Shown here one piece after another: positions 53,903-60,692 of a DNA stretch of 60,692 bases. The stretch's first letter is position 1. Each line of letters starts with the position of its first letter. Source of the DNA: Bacteroidota bacterium (GTDB taxonomy: Bacteria > Bacteroidota > Bacteroidia > Bacteroidales > JAADGE01). The translations under genes and the position numbers were made by a program. The notes beneath the pieces were generated by a model. It searched no databases, was not told where the DNA came from, and saw only the letters and a list, made by a program, of their open reading frames with translations. The stretch lies in NCBI GenBank assembly GCA_034659855.1, contig JAYEIA010000199.1, forward strand, positions 1-60,692, in the 5' to 3' direction.

Positions 53903-55681
53903 ATGGGAAAAAAGAAAATAACTGTTGGTCTTGCGAGTTGCGGAATAGCTGCGGGAGCTAATAAAATATATGATAAAATTGAAAAAATTATAAAGGCCGA
54001 AGACCTTGATTTTGAATTAACAAAAACAGGTTGTATAGGCATGTGTTACCGTGAACCCTTGGTAGAAGTTGTGGATGATACAGGATCATATTTGTATGGA
54101 GATGTCGATGAAAAAAGGATTTTTGAAATTATGGAGGAGCATCTCAATAATGATAATCCGATTAAAGATTATGTTGTATATACTGATCAATTTGAGGCAG
54201 AAGAGAAAGATTACTACGAAGGGCAAGTGAGAATTGCTACGCGAAATTGTGGTTTGATTGATCCGGATAAAATTGAAGAATATGAAGCAAAAGGAGGCTA
54301 CAAAGCTCTGAGAGAGATTGCTGAAAAAAATATTTCTTCCGAAAAAATTATTGAAGTGATTACCGAGTCCGGAATACGCGGAAGAGGCGGGGGAGGATTC
54401 CCGACAGGTATAAAATGGAAATTTGCAAACAACAGCAAGGCCGACCAGAAGTTCATTATCTGTAATGCCGATGAAGGAGATCCCGGAGCATTTATGGATA
54501 GATCCTTACTTGAAGGTGATCCACATGCCATAATCGAGGGGATGATTATCGGAGCAAAAGCCATAGGAGCTACCGGTGGAATAATCTATTGCCGTGCCGA
54601 ATACCCCTTGGCTATTAAACGCTTGAATACAGCGATTAAACAAGCCGGAGACAAAGGGTACTTGGGAAAAAATGCTATGGGGTTCGACGGATTTGATTTT
54701 GATATCTATGTAAAAGAAGGAGCCGGAGCGTTTGTTTGTGGAGAAGAAACGGCTTTGATGGCTTCTATTGAAGGAGAACGAGGAATGCCGAGAAAACGAC
54801 CGCCGTTCCCTGCCGAAAAAGGCCTTTGGCAAAAACCTTCAAATATCAACAATGTGGAAACCTTTGCCAATATACCTTATATAATAGCAAATGGTGCCGA
54901 ATCTTACAATAAGTATGGTACCGAAAAAAGTAAAGGAACCAAGGTATTTGCCCTTACCGGGAAAATAAAAAAAGGCGGTTCGGTTGAAGTCCCTATGGGT
55001 ATGACTATTCGAGATATTATTTTTGGATTAGGCGGAGGCATACAAGATGATAAAAAATTTAAAGCAGTGCAGCTTGGCGGCCCATCCGGAGGATGTATTC
55101 CCGAACATTTAATCGATACCGAAGTTGATTACGATCAAGTGAATGCTACCGGAGCCATTATGGGATCCGGAGGAATGGTAGTGATGGATGAAACTACCTG
55201 CATGGTAGACATTGCTCGTTTCTTTCTTGATTTTACAGCAAAGGAATCTTGTGGAAAATGTACATTTTGCCGACTGGGAACAAAGCGAATGCTCGAAATT
55301 TTAACACGAATTACCGAGGGAGAAGGCAAAGAAGGAGATATTGAAAGATTGGAAGAATTGGCCGTGCAAATAAAAAATAATTCACTTTGCGGGCTGGGTC
55401 AAACAGCACCAAACCCGGTGCTTACCACCATAAAATATTTTCGTAATGAGTATGAAGCACATATAAGAGACAAGAAATGCCCGGCGCTGAGCTGTAAAAA
55501 GTTATTAACCTATGAGGTTATCCCCGAAGCCTGTACCGGTTGTACGGTTTGCGCAGTAAAATGCCCGGTTGATGCTATTGACGGAGAAAGAAAAGGAGTT
55601 CATTTTATTAGACAAGATGATTGTATTCAATGCGGTGAGTGTTTCAACGCTTGTCGGTTTGATGCCATAAAACTGTCTTAG
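53903..55681 (+). CDS. NuoF/HydB-type NAD(H)- and FMN-binding subunit with an extra N-terminal 2Fe-2S-like domain and C-terminal 2x[4Fe-4S] ferredoxin
   Basis: GRGGGGFPTGIKW (FMN), NADEGDPGAFMDR and ESCGKCTFCR (N3 cluster) are present. The C-terminus has CTGCTVCAVKCP and CIQCGECFNAC. Confidence 0.88.
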   Translation: MGKKKITVGLASCGIAAGANKIYDKIEKIIKAEDLDFELTKTGCIGMCYREPLVEVVDDTGSYLYGDVDEKRIFEIMEEHLNNDNPIKDYVVYTDQFEAEEKDYYEGQVRIATRNCGLIDPDKIEEYEAKGGYKALREIAEKNISSEKIIEVITESGIRGRGGGGFPTGIKWKFANNSKADQKFIICNADEGDPGAFMDRSLLEGDPHAIIEGMIIGAKAIGATGGIIYCRAEYPLAIKRLNTAIKQAGDKGYLGKNAMGFDGFDFDIYVKEGAGAFVCGEETALMASIEGERGMPRKRPPFPAEKGLWQKPSNINNVETFANIPYIIANGAESYNKYGTEKSKGTKVFALTGKIKKGGSVEVPMGMTIRDIIFGLGGGIQDDKKFKAVQLGGPSGGCIPEHLIDTEVDYDQVNATGAIMGSGGMVVMDETTCMVDIARFFLDFTAKESCGKCTFCRLGTKRMLEILTRITEGEGKEGDIERLEELAVQIKNNSLCGLGQTAPNPVLTTIKYFRNEYEAHIRDKKCPALSCKKLLTYEVIPEACTGCTVCAVKCPVDAIDGERKGVHFIRQDDCIQCGECFNACRFDAIKLS

Positions 55682-55745
55682 AAAATAAAACCCGATACCA
55701 TTCAGTAATTAATACAGTAATACCCGAACATCGAAAATAAAAACA

Positions 55746-58700
55746 ATGAGTGATAAAATAAACGTAATATTAAACGGGAAAACAGTTAAGGGAAATAAAG
55801 GCGACTTTATTCTTGACCTTGCCCGAGAGAATAACATTGAAGTGCCGACTTTGTGCAACGACCCCAGATTGGATCCTTTTTCTTCTTGCTTCCTTTGTGT
55901 GGTAGAAGTTGAAGGAATGAAAGGGCATCAGCCGTCATGTTCTACAAAACTATCCGAAGGCATGGTTATTAATACAGATACTCCGGAAGTCCATAAATCA
56001 AGAAAAACAGCTTTGGACCTCATCCTCAGTAATCATTATGCCGACTGTGTTGCTCCTTGTAAAGAAACTTGTCCGGCAGGAGTAGATGTTCAAGGATATA
56101 TTTCCTTGATAAACAAAGGTTTATATTCGGAAGCTGTTGCCTTAATAAAAGAAACTAATCCTTTGCCCGCAATATGCGGTAGAGTGTGCGTAAGGCCTTG
56201 TGAACTTGCATGCCGAAGAAATTTGTTAGACGAAGATGAAGCAGTAGGCATTGATTATTTGAAGCGGTATGCTTCTGATTATGATTTAGCTTCGGAGCAT
56301 AAATATGTTCCCGAAGTGAAACCGGCAACAGGAAAGAAAATTGCTATAATTGGTGCAGGGCCGGGAGGACTGTCAGCTGCATATTTTCTTCAACAGGAAG
56401 GGCATCAGTGCGATATTTATGAAGCAAATCCAAATCCGGGAGGATGGCTCAGATATGGAATTCCCGAATACCGATTGCCTAACGATTTATTGCAGAAAGA
56501 GATAGATACTATAACTGAAATCGGAGCTAATATCTATTGTAATAAGAAACTGGGCGACAATCTCGTGTACAAAGAGTTGAAAGATGAATATGACGCAGTG
56601 ATTTTAACCATAGGCTCACAGAGAGGAACGCTTTTGCGTGCTAAAGGTGAAGATGCCGAAGGTGTATTTTCCGGAATTGATTTTTTGAGAAATATGGAAA
56701 TGACCGGTCAGCATTATGATTTTTCCGGCAAAACAGTTTTAGTAGTCGGTGGCGGTAATACGGCCATGGATTGCTGCAGAACTGCTGTTCGATGTGGCAG
56801 TACTGATGTTCAGATAATATACAGAAGAACGGAAAAAGAAATGCCTGCTAACCCAATCGAAATTCACGAATCGAAAATTGAAGGTGTAGAATATAAATTG
56901 TTGCACAATCCCGTAGAAGTTAATAAAGACGAAAACGGGAAATTGAAATCTGTAACTTTGATAAAAATGGAACTTGGTGAGCCCGATGCTTCGGGAAGAA
57001 GAAGACCAATACCTATTGAGGGGTCTGAATTTGACCTTGAAGCTGACTATATATTAGCAGCTATCGGACAGAAAACAGATATTAATTTTTTGGATGATAT
57101 TAATGACACAATTGAAGACGGTGAACTCAAAGCAAATAAATGGGGCGACATAGATGCTGACCCCCTAACTTTGCAAACCGGAGTAGAAAATGTTTTTGCA
57201 GCAGGCGACGGAGTTTCCGGACCTGCAACAATTATTGAAGCTATAGCTCAGGCAAAAGTAGCATCACGCTCTTGTCATCAATATCTTACAGGGCAAAAGA
57301 TTGAACCGGAGAAGAAAGAATTTATCAGTAGAAAATCAAATTTCAAGGAGCAAGTTTCTGATGATTATGTTGATCGTTACCAAAAGCAACAGAGAGAAGA
57401 AATGCCTACTTTACCGGGAAAAGACCGACTTAATTTTAAAGAAGTTGAGCTGGGCTATGCCGGAAAAGACGTGGTGAAGCATGAGTCCAACAGATGTATG
57501 GAGTGCGGTTGTACAGAATATTTTACCTGCGACTTGAAAGAACATGCCACAACTTACGGAGCCGAGCAGGATAGATTTGCAGGGGAGTTTAATGAGCATC
57601 GTGTTGATTTTTCTCATCCGTTTATTGAAATTGACAATAATAAGTGTATCTTATGTTCACGATGTGTCAGAATATGTAAGGATGTAGTGGGAGCCGACGC
57701 CTTAGGCTTGGTTGACCGGGGTTTTGGAACTTATGTTGCACCCTCAATGGGAGGTTCTCTTACCGACACTACTTGTGAGTCGTGCGGACTGTGTATTTCG
57801 ACCTGTCCAACGGGAGCGATTACAGAGAATGTTCCGTTTAAACCGGGACCGTTAAAAATGGATAGTTTTGAAACGATAGACCCCTTTGGATCTGAGGGAT
57901 TTACGATAGAATTGCATCACAAATCAAATTTTTATATGAAAGCCACCGGGATACCCTCAAGTGTAAACCCCGATGGAAATATCGGGCGTGAAGCCAAGTT
58001 TGGTTATAATGTATTTAATGATTCCGGCAGACTGAAGAAACCACTGTTAAAAAAGAACGGCGAGTTTGTTGAAATCGAATTCGACGAAGCTTTTGATATT
58101 ATTGAACAAAAAATAAAAGCCGTTGAACCCGATGACAACTTATTTATGGCCGGGTCGGGACTTTCAAACGAAGAGTTATATTTGATACGGAAATTTTCCG
58201 GGGCTGCCGTAAAAACAAATAATATAAACAGCTATCAATACCTCAGAAGAGGCGATGGCTATATGCGGAGTTCCGAGAACAATGTCCCTTTGGAAGATTT
58301 GAAAAAAGCCGGAACAATTTATATTATAAATTCTGATATTCAATCATCAAATTCGGTGGTGAATTTTAAGGTTTTTGATGCTCGAAATCGTTATGGAGCA
58401 AAGGTGGAGTTTCTGTCGGTAAAACCGGTTCCGGAGCTTGAACATAAGTCAGACAAAGTTACACGAATTAATACTCTGCATGCATTTGTACGAGCAGTAA
58501 ATTACTATTTGTTGGAAAACAACCGACAAAATGAGATGTTTATCAAGGACAGAGCAACAGGTTTTGAAAAATATAAAGCCGAACTTTTAAATGAAGATTT
58601 TGAAGAATTAGCTCATGAAGCCGGCGACGAAAACGGCGAAGCACTCATTAAGACATTTGCCGAAAATTATAATAATGAAATGAATGCCGTGCTGGTATTT

Positions 58701-59447
58701 TCCGAAAAGAATGTGTCGAGTAATACGGCAACCGAACTTCGAAATTTGGCCGTAATTACCGGAAAACTCGGCAAAACAGCCTCCGGAATTATTGCTTTGA
58801 AAGAAGGTATGAATTCTCAGGGAATTATTGATATGGGAATTCATCCGGAAAGCGGTATCGGTTTGCAGCCAACAAACGACAAGGCCTATCAAGAGAAACT
58901 GAGAGAGGTTTGGGGTGTATCGGATATTCCGACAGACGGGATGTGTTTATGTGCTGATGTGAAAGCCGGGAATTTCAAAAATATGTTTATTTTCAGAGAA
59001 GACCCGATAGGTTGTGCCATTGATAAATCAGAAATTAAAGAATGGCTAACCGCCCCCGACTTTGTTGTAGTGCAAGATCTATTTAAAACAGAAACAGCCG
59101 AAATGGCCGACCTGATACTTCCGGCCACTGCCGGTTTTGAGTCCGACGGAAGTTATACCAATACGCAGAAAGTGGTGCAAGAATTTGAGAAGCAGGCAGA
59201 GTCAAAGGTTTCCAAGACTAACATTGAGCAGTATTTGGACTTAATGGCTCGTTTCGGAATTAACGGTAATCCGTCTTTTGTCGATATTCAATCGGAAATT
59301 TTTGCCCTGTTACCCAAAACAAGCCAAGACAAAACGTTCAATTTGTCTGTTGCCGATTTTGATAACAACAGGAGAAAATATAAGCATGGCGGCGATATCT
59401 TGTCTAAGAAGTTTAATGATTTTTTTGAGCAATCTTTTAACAAATAA
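55746..59447 (+). CDS. Fusion protein: [2Fe-2S] ferredoxin, GltD-like FAD/NAD(P)H oxidoreductase, NuoG-type Fe-S clusters and a degenerate molybdopterin-oxidoreductase-like domain
   Basis: The N-terminus carries CNDPRL..CFLCVVEV. GltD motifs are PCKETCPAG, NPLPAICGRVCVRPCE and IIGAGPGGLSAAY plus a second Rossmann motif VVGGGNTAMD. 4Fe-4S motifs follow (CILCSRCVRIC, CESCGLCISTCP). The C-terminal MopB-like region lacks the usual Cys motif. Confidence 0.75.
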   Translation: MSDKINVILNGKTVKGNKGDFILDLARENNIEVPTLCNDPRLDPFSSCFLCVVEVEGMKGHQPSCSTKLSEGMVINTDTPEVHKSRKTALDLILSNHYADCVAPCKETCPAGVDVQGYISLINKGLYSEAVALIKETNPLPAICGRVCVRPCELACRRNLLDEDEAVGIDYLKRYASDYDLASEHKYVPEVKPATGKKIAIIGAGPGGLSAAYFLQQEGHQCDIYEANPNPGGWLRYGIPEYRLPNDLLQKEIDTITEIGANIYCNKKLGDNLVYKELKDEYDAVILTIGSQRGTLLRAKGEDAEGVFSGIDFLRNMEMTGQHYDFSGKTVLVVGGGNTAMDCCRTAVRCGSTDVQIIYRRTEKEMPANPIEIHESKIEGVEYKLLHNPVEVNKDENGKLKSVTLIKMELGEPDASGRRRPIPIEGSEFDLEADYILAAIGQKTDINFLDDINDTIEDGELKANKWGDIDADPLTLQTGVENVFAAGDGVSGPATIIEAIAQAKVASRSCHQYLTGQKIEPEKKEFISRKSNFKEQVSDDYVDRYQKQQREEMPTLPGKDRLNFKEVELGYAGKDVVKHESNRCMECGCTEYFTCDLKEHATTYGAEQDRFAGEFNEHRVDFSHPFIEIDNNKCILCSRCVRICKDVVGADALGLVDRGFGTYVAPSMGGSLTDTTCESCGLCISTCPTGAITENVPFKPGPLKMDSFETIDPFGSEGFTIELHHKSNFYMKATGIPSSVNPDGNIGREAKFGYNVFNDSGRLKKPLLKKNGEFVEIEFDEAFDIIEQKIKAVEPDDNLFMAGSGLSNEELYLIRKFSGAAVKTNNINSYQYLRRGDGYMRSSENNVPLEDLKKAGTIYIINSDIQSSNSVVNFKVFDARNRYGAKVEFLSVKPVPELEHKSDKVTRINTLHAFVRAVNYYLLENNRQNEMFIKDRATGFEKYKAELLNEDFEELAHEAGDENGEALIKTFAENYNNEMNAVLVFSEKNVSSNTATELRNLAVITGKLGKTASGIIALKEGMNSQGIIDMGIHPESGIGLQPTNDKAYQEKLREVWGVSDIPTDGMCLCADVKAGNFKNMFIFREDPIGCAIDKSEIKEWLTAPDFVVVQDLFKTETAEMADLILPATAGFESDGSYTNTQKVVQEFEKQAESKVSKTNIEQYLDLMARFGINGNPSFVDIQSEIFALLPKTSQDKTFNLSVADFDNNRRKYKHGGDILSKKFNDFFEQSFNK

Positions 59448-59455
59448 TTGTAATT

Positions 59456-59749
59456 TCAGACTTTGTCTGTTTTATTATTTTTTATTATCTATATAGTTAT
59501 GAGTTCAGTATAAAAAGTATAAAGTTTTAAAGTTAAAAGTGTTATTTGTCTAATATTCAGGCAGTTATTGTAGTATGTGGCTGTAGTTTAGAATAGAGGT
59601 GTTTTTTTGAATAGGTTAACTTCTTGTAATTTACTGAATATCACACAATTAACTTTACAGGTTTTCAACTTTTAACCTTTTTAAACTATACTTATTGATA
59701 ATCTGTTTAAAATTGGTCAAAAATAAATATCAGAACAGACGAAGTCTGA
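59456..59749. repeat. MITE-like element with TCAGACTT(T/C)GTCTGTT terminal inverted repeats (same family as 6617..6839)
   Basis: Left arm 59456..59471 against the reverse complement of right arm 59734..59749 gives 15/16 matches. ATT flanks both ends. The interior contains the 30-nt segment shared with 28688. Confidence 0.55.
59585..59613. repeat. About 30-nt sequence shared with 28688..28718
   Basis: AGTTTAGAATAGAGGTGTTTTTTTGAATA. See the partner entry at 28688. Confidence 0.7.
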
Positions 59750-59777
59750 ATTTTAGTGAAACAAAAAAATAATTACG

Positions 59778-60233
59778 ATGGAAAAATTTAATACAATAGA
59801 CGAAATTCTTGATTTTGCAATAGACAATGAGCAAAAAGCCGTGGACTTTTACACCGAATTGGCTCAAAATGCCCGTACGGATCATATGGGAGAAACCTTT
59901 GCGGAATTTGCTAAAGAAGAGGTCTCGCATAAAGCGCGGCTTACCAAAATAAAAAATGAACAAAGCTTTGATTTGCCGGTGGAATCTGTACAAACATTGA
60001 ACATAGCAGACTATGTCGTGAAGAGTGAACCCACGAAAAATATGAGCTACGAAGACGCCTTGGTACTTGCCATGAAGAGAGAAAAAGCGGCTTTTAAATT
60101 GTACAGTGTCCTGTCTGAAAAGGCTCCTACCGAAAAATTGAAGTCTGTATTCAAAGCTTTGGCCATGGAAGAGTCCAAACATAAACTACGATTTGAATTG
60201 GAATATGATGAAAATATTTTGCGAGAGAACTAA
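59778..60233 (+). CDS. Rubrerythrin/ferritin-like diiron four-helix-bundle protein
   Basis: Two ExxH-containing helices (FAKEEVSH and AMEESKH), each with a preceding E-containing helix. 151 aa, with no rubredoxin Cys motifs. Confidence 0.7.
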   Translation: MEKFNTIDEILDFAIDNEQKAVDFYTELAQNARTDHMGETFAEFAKEEVSHKARLTKIKNEQSFDLPVESVQTLNIADYVVKSEPTKNMSYEDALVLAMKREKAAFKLYSVLSEKAPTEKLKSVFKALAMEESKHKLRFELEYDENILREN

Positions 60234-60269
60234 GCTGAATTATTCATGCGTTTTTTCTTTTTCATGAAT

Positions 60270-60400
60270 GAGTACAGTCTAAAAAATCTTTAACACGAGA
60301 TTTTCAGCAACTTTTTACCCCAATGCTAAAGGGTGAAGTCTCTGAAAATCAGTACTCCCTACAGGAATTGGGGGTGAATACTGATTTTCAGATTGTACTC
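60270..60400. other. 131-nt highly self-complementary element with mutually exclusive pairings
   Basis: The outer stem is GAGTACAGTCT (60270..60280) with AGATTGTACTC (60390..60400). CTGAAAATCAGTA (60342..60354) can pair with GATTTTCAG (60299..60307) or with TACTGATTTTCAG (60379..60391). ACCCCAAT (60317) pairs with ATTGGGG (60367). Confidence 0.55.
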
Positions 60401-60410
60401 TAAGACCTTT

Positions 60411-60692
60411 TTAGACCGGACTCAAATATTCTTTGTTCACCGCCCGGAAATTTATGGACTTTTTGAGGATGCCGAAGGAAATTTAACACGAGGTCCGGTC
60501 GAACTTATTATTGCACAAAACAGTAGTGGTAAACTGGGTGAAATACAGCTAAAATTAAATAAAATTTCATCGCCATTAAGTGAGGTTTCATCGCCATTAA
60601 CTGAGTTTAATTCGCATGTGATTGCTAATAACCCTTTTGATAACAAGCAGAATGAAGCCCCGTTTGGTTTTGACGATGCTTCAAGAGTCGAG
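60411..60692 (+). pseudogene. Orphan 3' fragment of a DnaB-family replicative helicase gene, open to the window edge
   Basis: The frame is open from 60378 with no start codon. FLDRTQIFFVHRPEIYG....GPVELIIAQNSSGKLGEIQLKLN parallels the DnaB C-terminus (EQDADLIMFIYRDEVY...GIAEIIIGKQRNGPIGTVRLTFN). No upstream DnaB sequence appears in any frame. Confidence 0.4.

Noticed and set aside
55746-59447. Annotation as formate dehydrogenase alpha subunit
   Set aside because: The MopB-like domain lacks the N-terminal CxxCxxxC cluster motif (it has D, G and F instead). It is truncated in length, and I found no active-site Cys or Sec context. A GltD module is inserted. A NuoG-like scaffold is more consistent.
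1-60692. tRNA, rRNA, tmRNA, RNase P or SRP RNA genes
   Set aside because: I scanned the intergenic regions by eye for T-loop GGTTCGAAT-like strings, the RNase P GAGGAAAGTCC string and tmRNA 5' ends, and found none. A covariance-model scan would be needed to exclude them.

Overview
AT-rich chromosome segment of Bacteroidota type. The assignment rests on recurring TAnnTTTG -7 promoter boxes 20-35 nt upstream of start codons and on a Bacteroidota-style dcw cluster without murF. Left to right:

- Glycogen genes malQ and glgB flank a PAS-GAF-PAS histidine kinase.
- A nitroreductase is translationally coupled to an 835-aa protein whose C-terminus looks like an M48 zincin with all metal ligands replaced.
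- A signalling block holds two paralogous membrane GAF-PAS sensors. The second ends in a PP2C phosphatase and is followed by a SiaB-like kinase and a DUF1987/SiaC-like phosphoprotein. No diguanylate cyclase is present. Next to it lies a 1079-aa TerB-like/ABCG-type fused transporter.
- A lipoprotein gene is paired with a small secreted-protein gene.
- An RND efflux operon (adaptor, pump, outer-membrane factor) lies on the minus strand.
- A small accessory island carries a tyrosine-recombinase remnant and a decayed Type IIG R-M gene of about 1180 codons. The gene has an A7 frameshift, an in-frame TAA, and an in-frame IS200/RAYT-like Y1 (HUH) module with three related palindromes.
- A complete dcw cluster (mraZ to ftsZ) lies on the minus strand. 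It has an extra lipoprotein gene between murG and murC and a 4 x 10-bp MraZ-box operator.
- A 1.7-kb non-coding, hairpin-rich gap follows.
- Then come a DUF4143 AAA ATPase, a NuoE/NuoF/(2Fe2S-GltD-NuoG-like) trio resembling Bfu/Stn-type bifurcating oxidoreductases, a rubrerythrin-like gene, and an orphan DnaB C-terminal fragment at the right edge.

I found no rRNA, tRNA or CRISPR array. Several dispersed repeat families occur in intergenic DNA: a 106-bp repeat, MITE-like elements with TCAGACTTCGTCTG ends, and GC-rich mini-hairpin arrays. The most unusual item is the Y1-transposase-like module embedded in frame inside the R-M methyltransferase core. All domain calls are motif recognition by eye, with no database search run.
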